The translations under genes and the position numbers were made by a program. A stretch of DNA of 64,000 nt from Limisphaerales bacterium (GTDB lineage Bacteria > Verrucomicrobiota > Verrucomicrobiia > Limisphaerales > JAJOIW01), in NCBI GenBank assembly GCA_965657355.1, contig CBFHOE010000006.1, positions 175,217 through 239,216 on the forward strand, written 5' to 3'. The notes below the pieces were generated by a model. It was not told the origin of the DNA, did not search any database, and saw nothing but the letters and a program-made list of their open reading frames with translations. The first letter of the stretch is position 1; each line of letters opens with the position of its first letter. Below, one piece after another: positions 52,238-60,531 of the stretch.

Positions 52238-52250
52238 CCCATTGTTCATT
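52199..52250. other. 17-bp perfect inverted repeat across the rfbB stop
   Basis: AATGAACAATGGGTCAG (52199-52215) / CTGACCCATTGTTCATT (52234-52250). Confidence 0.75.
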
Positions 52251-52711
52251 CGTTATTGGTTATTAGTGATTTGTTACTGGTGCCCGTCCTCGCTTCGCGA
52301 GCATCAGTAAAGTTAAAGACAACTAACTGAGTGCGAAGGCCTGCAGTGTTTAAGAATAGTATAAATTTAATGACTTTATAAACCCTGAAAGGGTTAGACA
52401 CATTAACCCAGGTCAGAGCTCTGAAAGGGCGATACAAAAATATAAGAATATGACGCCCATACAGGGCTAGCCTTTATACTGATCTTTATACCCAGGGCGT
52501 TGCCCTGGGCTGGTATGTTTAACCCCTCGGGGGTGGATGTTGTTATACACTTGAGTTATTCCAGTCGACTATAGCGGTTAAAGAAGGGTAAACATTTTCA
52601 TTGATTTCAGAATGGGGACAGGGGTGCCCTCGCTGCCTTAACGCTAACCACCAATAACCAATCACAATTAACGAGTAACTGAAGTTGGTCTGCAACTTCA
52701 TCAGCGAAGCG
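52241..52711. repeat. family 1 inverted pair enclosing a family 2 composite palindrome
   Basis: family 1 at 52241-52302(-) and 52649-52711(+); family 2 hairpins at 52381-52535. Confidence 0.8.
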
Positions 52712-52715
52712 AACG

Positions 52716-53306
52716 ATGAGCCAATTTACTGAATTTTCACCAGGGCGTCCATTTGATCCAAATAAGATTAGGAGTGAATTTAGTCACCTGGGCGAAAATA
52801 CCAAAATATTTCCCGGTTGTCGTATAGTTCCCGCCTCTCTGGTTTCAGTTGGAGATTATTCACAGATTGATGAAGGTGTTTATATATTTGCTGGAGAAGG
52901 TGTCGAGATCGGGAGAAATGTTCACTTGGCAGCCTGCTCTACTATTTCTGGTGGAGGCAAATGTTCAATCGATGATTTCGCAGGTATTGGAGTTGGGGTA
53001 AGGCTCATTACCGGATCCGAAGATCCGCATGGTGGTGGGCTTACAAATCCAACAATACCTGAGGAATATCGCTCTGTCACTCGTGGTGAAATTACTATTG
53101 CAAAACATGCTTTAGTCTTTACAAATTCTGTTGTATTTCCAGGTGTAACCATAGGTGAAGGCGCAGTTGTTTCTGCAGGGAGTATAGTCCATAAAAATCT
53201 GGAGCCATGGACAATATATGCAGGTAATCCGCTTGTGGCTGTGGGAAAAAGGAATAGAGAGGAAATTTTAGAAACAAGCAAAAAGTTCCTCTCTATTCCT
53301 CGTTAA
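52716..53306 (+). CDS. left-handed beta-helix acyltransferase, QdtC-like
   Basis: hexapeptide repeats, LTNPTIPEEYRSV, PWTIYAGNP; near fdtA/fdtB-like genes. Confidence 0.8.
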   Translation: MSQFTEFSPGRPFDPNKIRSEFSHLGENTKIFPGCRIVPASLVSVGDYSQIDEGVYIFAGEGVEIGRNVHLAACSTISGGGKCSIDDFAGIGVGVRLITGSEDPHGGGLTNPTIPEEYRSVTRGEITIAKHALVFTNSVVFPGVTIGEGAVVSAGSIVHKNLEPWTIYAGNPLVAVGKRNREEILETSKKFLSIPR

Positions 53307-53535
53307 TGAGTCAAGTATTTCATTTGTTCCTTTGTGATTGTCCTCGCCGTGCGAGCGGAACTCTTTTTGGTAGGGTGTATTTTTCAAATCGTTATTAATT
53401 TTGATTTACTTGTGCTTAGTGAAGATACCATGTTTGTGTCTAGTTAGCTTGGGAGCAGAGATTTTTATTATACATACCGCGAGCTTTGCGAGGAGAATCA
53501 CGAATTGATGAATCAACAAATGAACCAATTATCGA
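53305..53535. repeat. inverted pair with 8-bp periodic units (family 1-related variant)
   Basis: GATTGTCCTCGCCGTGCGAGCGG vs CCGCGAGCTTTGCGAGGAGAATC; units TGATGAAT CAACAAAT GAACCAAT. Confidence 0.55.
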
Positions 53536-53554
53536 AATTTTTTATCTTTAAAAA

Positions 53555-54421
53555 ATGAAAGGCATTTTATTAGCTGGTGGAAGTGGGTCACGATTGAAAC
53601 CATTGACGGATGTTTGTTGTAAGCAACTTCTTCCTATCTATGACAAACCAATGGTTTATTACCCACTGACTGTATTAATGCTTTCAGGTATTCGGGAAAT
53701 TCTCATTATATCTACACCTAAGGACATTGATTCTTTTAAGAATTTATTGGGTGATGGAAATCAATTGGGATGCCGGATTGAATATGCGGTGCAAGACCAA
53801 CCTAGAGGAATAGCAGATGCCTTTAGAGTTGGTGAAAAATTTATAGATGGCGATTCGTGTGCTTTGATTCTTGGTGATAATATCTTTTATGGTTCAGGAT
53901 TAGGTGAACTTCTCAGGTCGAGCAATGATCCCAAAGGAGGCATCGTTTTTGCATATGGCGTTAAAGATCCGCGAGCATTTGGGGTCGTTGAATTTGACCA
54001 AGACTTTAATGCGATTTCCATAGAAGAGAAACCTGAGAGCCCAAAGTCAAATTATGCCGTTCCTGGAATATATTTTTATAATTCCCAGATCACAGAGATT
54101 GCCAAAAATTTGAAACCCAGCCCTCGAGGTGAATTAGAAATTACCGATGTGAATAAGGCCTACCTTGATAATGGTAATCTGCAGGTAAAAGTTCTACAAA
54201 GAGGGACTGCCTGGCTCGATACTGGAACGTTCGAATCCTTGCTAAAAGCTTCTGAGTTTGTTCAGGTTGTTGAATCCAGACAAGGTTTTAAGATAGGATG
54301 CCCAGAGGAGGTTGCTTGGCGCCGAGGTTTTATCGATGATCAACAACTGCTTGAGCTCGCCGCTAATTCAGATAAAAGCGGATACGGGGAATATCTCAAA
54401 GGCTTGATATCCTCACGTTGA
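53555..54421 (+). CDS. rfbA: glucose-1-phosphate thymidylyltransferase
   Basis: [42 protein letters not shown]. Confidence 0.96.
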   Translation: MKGILLAGGSGSRLKPLTDVCCKQLLPIYDKPMVYYPLTVLMLSGIREILIISTPKDIDSFKNLLGDGNQLGCRIEYAVQDQPRGIADAFRVGEKFIDGDSCALILGDNIFYGSGLGELLRSSNDPKGGIVFAYGVKDPRAFGVVEFDQDFNAISIEEKPESPKSNYAVPGIYFYNSQITEIAKNLKPSPRGELEITDVNKAYLDNGNLQVKVLQRGTAWLDTGTFESLLKASEFVQVVESRQGFKIGCPEEVAWRRGFIDDQQLLELAANSDKSGYGEYLKGLISSR

Positions 54422-54547
54422 GGAGACAGTGTTGGTTTGTATCGAGACTGGCTGAAAAGAGAATTAAAGGTGTTGTTTAAGCAAAAGCTTTGAAAAGAAT
54501 TAAGACTTTCTTTTATGCCCCGCAGCGGTATATCGAAAAAATCTGAA

Positions 54548-54752
54548 TTTAACGAAGCGGCCAAAGTTGTGAATCACGAATCACCAATAACGACTAACCG
54601 CGGTAATTACCGCATGAGCGTAGCGATAGAGCGGATTAGTATTGTTTACATATGCGGGGGCATGGTGCACAAAATATATCGTGAAAAAGTGACTAAAGGT
54701 AGAAATTAAAATATCCAACAACCGATAACAAATTCTCGCGGTGCAAGCCGCA
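54548..54752 (+). repeat. two tandem family 1 elements
   Basis: 54548-54625 and 54681-54752, each with heptamers then a GCGGT...CCGC hairpin. Confidence 0.7.
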
Positions 54753-54771
54753 TAAACGAAACATTGCTAGC

Positions 54772-55182
54772 GTGAAGACTGGCCAAAAAATTGATTTTCC
54801 AAAAATTTCCGATCCAAGAGGAAATCTCAGTTATCTCGAAGGGCGGAACCACATCCCGTTTGAAATCAAAAGAGTTTATTACTTGTATGATGTTCCGGAC
54901 GGCGCCAAACGGGGCTCACATGCGCACAAGGCACTGCACCAAATTATCATTGCCATGCATGGTAGTTTCGACCTGATGCTCGATGATGGTAAGGAAAAAT
55001 CAAAGATACATCTTAACCGCTCTCATTATGGTATATACATCGGCCCTTGTACTTGGCGTGTGATGGACAATTTTTCTTCGGGTTCTATTTGCTTGGTCCT
55101 GGCTTCAGAGGATTTTGATGAATCTGATTATATTCGAGACTATAATCACTTTCTCGAATATGTTGGAACAAATGGGAACTAA
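54772..55182 (+). CDS. dTDP-4-keto-6-deoxyglucose 3,4-ketoisomerase (FdtA/QdtA cupin)
   Basis: DPRGNL, PFEIKRVYY, RGSHAH, DYIRDY. Confidence 0.92.
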   Translation: MKTGQKIDFPKISDPRGNLSYLEGRNHIPFEIKRVYYLYDVPDGAKRGSHAHKALHQIIIAMHGSFDLMLDDGKEKSKIHLNRSHYGIYIGPCTWRVMDNFSSGSICLVLASEDFDESDYIRDYNHFLEYVGTNGN

Positions 55183-55198
55183 ATCACATTTGTTCGAT

Positions 55199-55378
55199 GA
55201 AGAGCTGCGCTCTTCGGTTAATGGTAACTTGATATTAATTAGTGGGGCTTGAGTAACGCTTTTGCGTTGGGAAATTCGGAATGATGGCGGGTAGGAATGC
55301 ACCTCACTGTTTGATATTTATAATCCCGTGAACGAAGTGATGAGTTGCACCAGTCACTAATAACTCATACCAAATACC
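55199..55378. repeat. inverted pair of family 1 elements
   Basis: 55199-55267(-, degenerate) and 55328-55378(+), ~60-bp spacer. Confidence 0.65.
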
Positions 55379-55424
55379 CAAAACGGCTCCTCAGTATTAT
55401 AAACGTAGTGTTCAGTAGCAAAAA

Positions 55425-56528
55425 ATGGACGTTCCATTTCTAGATTTTCATGGTCAATATCAAGAACTGAAAACTGATATTGATTGTGCCTTAGCCAAAG
55501 TTTTTGACTCTGGGTGGTATGTATTAGGGAAAGAACTTGAGGCATTTGAGAAAGAGTTCTCTGAGTATTGTGGGGCCAAATATTCTATTGGTGTCGGTAA
55601 TGGATTAGATGCTCTTGGGCTTTTGTTACAAGCTTACGGTATCGGAGAAGGCGATGAGGTCATCGTCCCTGCCCACACTTTCATTGCAACTTGGCTCTCT
55701 GTTTCTCAAGTTGGAGCCACTCCTATTCCAGTAGACGTGAATGAGTTTGACTTCAATATCAGTGCTCCTGAAATATCTAAAAAATTATCTCCCAAAACTA
55801 AAGCCATAATACCTGTTCATTTATATGGTCAACCTGCCTCCATGGAACAGTTATATGCAATAGCTTACGATCATGGCCTAATAATTATCGAAGATAATGC
55901 TCAAGCCTGCGGAGCAAAATATAAGTCTGATCGAACCGGAATACTAGGGCACGGTGCTGCATTTAGTTTTTATCCAGGAAAAAACCTGGGGGCCTTTGGA
56001 GATGGAGGCGCCATTACAACAAATGATGCCTCGGTCGCCGAAAAAGTGGCCATGCTGCGCAATTACGGTTCGCCTCAAAAATATAAAAATGAGGTAAAGG
56101 GAATAAACTCCAGGCTTGATGAAATGCAGGCAGCCATGCTGCGAGTGAAACTAAGAAAACTCGACGAATGGAATGACAGAAGAAGCCGGATTGCAGAACA
56201 ATATTCGTCGGAATTAGATTCGGTGGATGGCTTGCAGTTACCCACTATTTTACCTCATCGTTCACATGTCTGGCATTTGTATGTTGTGCTCCATGAAAGA
56301 CGAGATGCATTACAGGAGCACCTTAAAAAAAACCAGGTCTCGACTTTAATTCACTACCCAGAGCCTCCACACCTTTCGGGTGCCTATTCTGAACTTGAAT
56401 ACAAAGAGGGCGATTTTCCTATTTCTGAAAAGATTTCAAAAACCGCTCTGAGTTTGCCAATCGGGCCTCATCAAACCGACGAACAAACACAGCACGTTAT
56501 AAATGTTATTCAGAGCTTTAATGGATGA
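55425..56528 (+). CDS. DegT/DnrJ/EryC1/StrS aminotransferase (FdtB/QdtB-like)
   Basis: [42 protein letters not shown]. Confidence 0.93.
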   Translation: MDVPFLDFHGQYQELKTDIDCALAKVFDSGWYVLGKELEAFEKEFSEYCGAKYSIGVGNGLDALGLLLQAYGIGEGDEVIVPAHTFIATWLSVSQVGATPIPVDVNEFDFNISAPEISKKLSPKTKAIIPVHLYGQPASMEQLYAIAYDHGLIIIEDNAQACGAKYKSDRTGILGHGAAFSFYPGKNLGAFGDGGAITTNDASVAEKVAMLRNYGSPQKYKNEVKGINSRLDEMQAAMLRVKLRKLDEWNDRRSRIAEQYSSELDSVDGLQLPTILPHRSHVWHLYVVLHERRDALQEHLKKNQVSTLIHYPEPPHLSGAYSELEYKEGDFPISEKISKTALSLPIGPHQTDEQTQHVINVIQSFNG

Positions 56529-56758
56529 TGGTTTTTAGGAGATATACCTCTACTTATTTTTGATTCTTTAGAGTGGTGGGTCTGCGCTGACTTTTGAATC
56601 TGAAAAAAGTGATTAAAAGCCAGAAAAATTACGATGCATCTCGCCAGCTTCTAAGGCAATGCGCTTGGTTCTCATTTAATACGCCTGCTGTCACCTACAG
56701 AACATTTCTTTTCTAAAAGGCGACACCGCATTTATTTTGCCATTCGGTTCGCTTTTAT

Positions 56759-58336
56759 TTGCAGCTTACCCATACGAGCGAAGCACTCAGCACGCCAGAT
56801 ATCAAAATTTTGAAGAGCCACCTTGATATATTAAAATCGTCAGCGTGGATTGGAGGCAGCCAGGGAGTCGTCTTGTTATTTACCTTGCTGCGAATGAAAG
56901 TGTTCGCCGTTGTGCTTGGCAAAGAAGGGGTGGGGGTGATGTCTCTTTTGACTGTGGTATGGGAGCTGGGATTTTTAATCGGTGGTTTAGGAATCTCTCA
57001 AAGCGGTGTGCGGTTTTTGTCCGAAGCCAGGTCAAAAAATGATCCTGAACGAATTCGTTATTTAAGAACGATCATAAAAAAAATCGTTTTTGTATCAGGA
57101 ATCTTCACTGTTTTTGTCTTTATTATTTTTCGAAACCAGATCAGTGATTTGACCTTCAATTCCACTGATTTTGGACTCGTCATTGGAATTCTCGGAATAG
57201 GTGTCTTATTTCAAATTTTTGCTGAGGGCGAGAAGTCGATCATTTTAGGCTACCGGGAAGTCAAGAAGCTGGCTGTAGGCAATGGCGTAGGTATTATTTC
57301 GGGGACAATTATCGGTGTCCTACTTGTTTTGTTTTTCAAGTCCTCCGGTCTGGTCTGGGTTATTCTCGCGACCGCACTATGCACGTGGATTGCCTTATTT
57401 TTTCAGCAAAGAAGTATAAATCAGAATGCAACTGCTGAAGGAGGTCACGGGCGAGAAGACAAAACGATTCATTCTTCAAGTCGATATGCCATACCACTTG
57501 TTCAATTGGGGCTCGTACTAGTCGCCTCAAGTGTGCTAGCGTCCTCTGTTTCATTCATTACTCGTATCTGGATAGTGGATAATGAGGCCTCCTTATTATT
57601 AGGAAAAGAAGCGGCAGGATTATACGATCAGGCTTTTAGGGTTTCTGCATTCTACGTCAACTTCGTACTTGGAGCTATGGCTGCCGATTTCTTGCCAAGG
57701 CTAACAGAAGTCATCTCCAGCCCCGATAGGCGAACTCAAACAGTCAATGAGCAAATCGAAGTTGGGGTTTTACTTATCATTCCAGGAATTATCGGATTGA
57801 TACTTTTCAGGGAGCCTATTTTATATGTTTTAGCTTCAAAAGAATTCCTTTCAGCTGGCCCTCTTATCATATGGTTTGCTTGCGGTTGTCTTGGTCGAGT
57901 TATCACTTGGCCCATTGCTTATCTTTTTGTAGCCGCGGAGAAAAAGATAACATTTTTTGCCGTGGAGCTTGGTGTTTCACTTGCGAATGTCGCCCTTGCC
58001 TGGATATTGGTCAGAAAATATGGAGCTTTGGGAGGAGCAGCGGCATTTGGTCTTATATACGTGATCTATGGCATTTGTGTCACTGCTATCGCAAACAAGC
58101 AGTTTAATTTTCGTCCTAATAAATCCGTCATTAAGATTGTTTCGGTTTCTATCATCTGCGCGGGTTTGGCTATCACATTTGGAATTTATGGTTCTGTAAT
58201 GGGGTTCTGGTATTACGCAGTGTCCCTTGTTTTCAGTCTAGTTGTTGGCTTCTTTTCATTAAAAGAGGTTGTATCCCTTCTGCCAGACGGGCATTCATGG
58301 AAAATAAAACTAGAGCGATTACCTTTTGTTTCGTAA
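56759..58336 (+). CDS. wzx: O-antigen translocase (Wzx flippase)
   Basis: 12-14 TM helices, ILKSSAWIGG, LRMKVFAVVLG, DFLPRL; start may be TTG 56810. Confidence 0.85.
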   Translation: MQLTHTSEALSTPDIKILKSHLDILKSSAWIGGSQGVVLLFTLLRMKVFAVVLGKEGVGVMSLLTVVWELGFLIGGLGISQSGVRFLSEARSKNDPERIRYLRTIIKKIVFVSGIFTVFVFIIFRNQISDLTFNSTDFGLVIGILGIGVLFQIFAEGEKSIILGYREVKKLAVGNGVGIISGTIIGVLLVLFFKSSGLVWVILATALCTWIALFFQQRSINQNATAEGGHGREDKTIHSSSRYAIPLVQLGLVLVASSVLASSVSFITRIWIVDNEASLLLGKEAAGLYDQAFRVSAFYVNFVLGAMAADFLPRLTEVISSPDRRTQTVNEQIEVGVLLIIPGIIGLILFREPILYVLASKEFLSAGPLIIWFACGCLGRVITWPIAYLFVAAEKKITFFAVELGVSLANVALAWILVRKYGALGGAAAFGLIYVIYGICVTAIANKQFNFRPNKSVIKIVSVSIICAGLAITFGIYGSVMGFWYYAVSLVFSLVVGFFSLKEVVSLLPDGHSWKIKLERLPFVS

Positions 58337-58426
58337 CACTAATGTTGCAAATTACCAAAGTTTTCTCGGGTTTAGTTTTCAACAAATGAGTTCTCAAACG
58401 ATCACGTTAGTCTTATCAAATCTTAT

Positions 58427-59155
58427 ATGAAAATTTCCAAAGACAATATTGTCATTTTTTCAGCAAGCCTACTTATTGTGGCTATTTGGGCTTTCCCAAA
58501 CTTTTGGTACACCAAGGTTGATAAAGCGGAAGGACCTCAATGGTTTGACGAAAAAAGTGAACTTCCTGGTTGGGAATTTGGAGAAGTTCCTATAGCCGAA
58601 TCCGCCGAAAAGGCCCTCGTCGCCGACGCTACCTTTAGTGGTAATTTTAAAGCTTCCAAATCGGGGCAGATCATTAAGACCTTTTCGGCACGGCGCAACA
58701 AAGAGGATATGAATGAAATCGGTCTGTTTGTTCATACACCAGATCGATGTTGGACGGAGTCCGGATGGCAGATGGAGGCGTCCCTCCCAGAAAGCACAAC
58801 TATCAATATTCAGGGAAGAGATATTCTTTTTGAGAGAAGAATTTTTGATTTTAAAGGTCATAAGGAATTGGTTTATTTTACTGGCTTAGTGGGAGGCCAG
58901 ACCCTTCCATATAGGCTAGATCACAACATGTCTGTTGCCATGAAATATCAAATTAACAAAGAAAAATCAGCGGCAACAGGAACGTCAGCTCGAACGTCTG
59001 ATTCACGCTTTTGGGCAAGAATTTGGGAGAGTTTTTTAAGTCGAAGAAAAATACTGGGGCCGAAGCAATTTATCAGGGTTTCCATCCAAGTTTATGGGGA
59101 CCCTCAAGATGAAGAAAAGATCCTGACCTCGTTTGTGAAAACGTGGTTAGGATGA
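58427..59155 (+). CDS. EpsI-like exosortase-associated protein (host-like copy)
   Basis: N-terminal TM, FVHTPDRCWTESGW, KQFIRVS. Confidence 0.75.
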   Translation: MKISKDNIVIFSASLLIVAIWAFPNFWYTKVDKAEGPQWFDEKSELPGWEFGEVPIAESAEKALVADATFSGNFKASKSGQIIKTFSARRNKEDMNEIGLFVHTPDRCWTESGWQMEASLPESTTINIQGRDILFERRIFDFKGHKELVYFTGLVGGQTLPYRLDHNMSVAMKYQINKEKSAATGTSARTSDSRFWARIWESFLSRRKILGPKQFIRVSIQVYGDPQDEEKILTSFVKTWLG

Positions 59156-59166
59156 CGCTTGACTAC

Positions 59167-59249
59167 CGTTGCGCTTTTGAAATGGCTAAGCCATTTCGGT
59201 TATTCGCAATCCATTATTGGTGGCTAGTGCATGTTCTTCCTTTGCAAGC
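59167..59249 (-). repeat. family 1 element closing the polysaccharide locus
   Basis: GAAATGGC-TAA-GCCATTTC hairpin, four heptamers, 20-bp head. Confidence 0.7.
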
Positions 59250-59322
59250 GAAGATTTTTAATTCTACAGGAGTGTTGTGTAGATTATAGCTTCCAGATCT
59301 GAATATATAACACATTCTTTAC

Positions 59323-59405
59323 ACCACGAAGGTGGTAAGCTTAAGCGCCCAGGGCCAATGCCCTGGGCGTTTAGGTTAAAGCGATATCAATCCCCGCAAG
59401 CGGGT
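59323..59405. repeat. REP-like palindromes (family 2)
   Basis: ACCACGAAGGTGGT then GCCCAGGGCCAATGCCCTGGGC. Confidence 0.65.
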
Positions 59406-59700
59406 AACGTTAAAAAATACAACACCGTATCAGAATTTTCATAATTCATATCACGCTACCCAGATTTGCTCTGGACTGTCATATTTAATCTCTGCTGCGT
59501 TCCAAGCATTTGTTCAAGGTGTGACTAAATATTTATTAATCTTCCTATAAAAATTAAGTCCCCATGGAGGAATGTTAGTGTTAAAATATCGTGAAACCAT
59601 TATGCGTTATTCGGATTACCAGGCATCCATATTTAGAAACGGTAACGGTAAAAGCGGATGATCGTAACTCAATGAGGTGTAAAGAACTTAGAAAACTAAA

Positions 59701-60450
59701 TTGAACTCAGAAAATAAGAATATTTTAAGGCTGGCTATGTGGTCTGGGCCTCGCAATATTTCCACAGCAATGATGCGGTCGTGGGAAAATCGTCCCGATA
59801 CAATCGTTGTTGATGAGCCTTTTTATAGCTACTACCTTAGCACCACAGGTATTGTTCACCCAATGAACGACGAGGTCATTGCAAGCCAACCTACAGATTG
59901 GCGCGAAGTGGTGGACCAGCTGATGGCCCCTGTTCCGGAAAAGACCTCCATCTTATACTTGAAATTGATGACTCATCATTTTCTTGAGTCGATGGAGAGA
60001 GATTGGTTGTCGCACTTGTCCCACGTCTTTTTGATTAGGAATCCGAGAGATATGGTCGTCTCTCTAGATGAGAAAACGCCCAAGCCCAAGTTGTTGGACA
60101 CCGGTTTTCCTCAGCAACTGCAGATATATAATTGGCTCAAACAAAATACAGATCAAATATGCCCTGTAATTGATTCCAAAGATCTTTTGATGAATCCCGA
60201 AGCGATGCTCAAAAAGTTGTGCGATTTGTTGCAAATTGAATTTGATGCGAGAATGTTAGAGTGGCCCGAGGGTCGAAGAGATTCAGATGGCGTTTGGGCA
60301 CCCCATTGGTATGGAAATGTTGAAAAATCCACCCACTTTGCGCCATATAAACCAAAAACAGGTGAAGTTAGGCCGGACCTTGTCGAGTTATTAGACGAAT
60401 GCCTTCCTTTTTACGATGAATTATGGAAACAACGACTGACAATTGATTAA
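59701..60450 (+). CDS. sulfotransferase-like P-loop protein
   Basis: WSGPRNISTAMMRSW, DEPFY, LIRNP, DGVWAPHWY. Confidence 0.8.
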   Translation: MNSENKNILRLAMWSGPRNISTAMMRSWENRPDTIVVDEPFYSYYLSTTGIVHPMNDEVIASQPTDWREVVDQLMAPVPEKTSILYLKLMTHHFLESMERDWLSHLSHVFLIRNPRDMVVSLDEKTPKPKLLDTGFPQQLQIYNWLKQNTDQICPVIDSKDLLMNPEAMLKKLCDLLQIEFDARMLEWPEGRRDSDGVWAPHWYGNVEKSTHFAPYKPKTGEVRPDLVELLDECLPFYDELWKQRLTID

Positions 60451-60531
60451 CCAAAGATTCTTATTTTCTATTTGATCTTTTTCTCAATTTTCTGGTTTTT
60501 TAAACTTCACACACAAAGAATACAAAATTCA

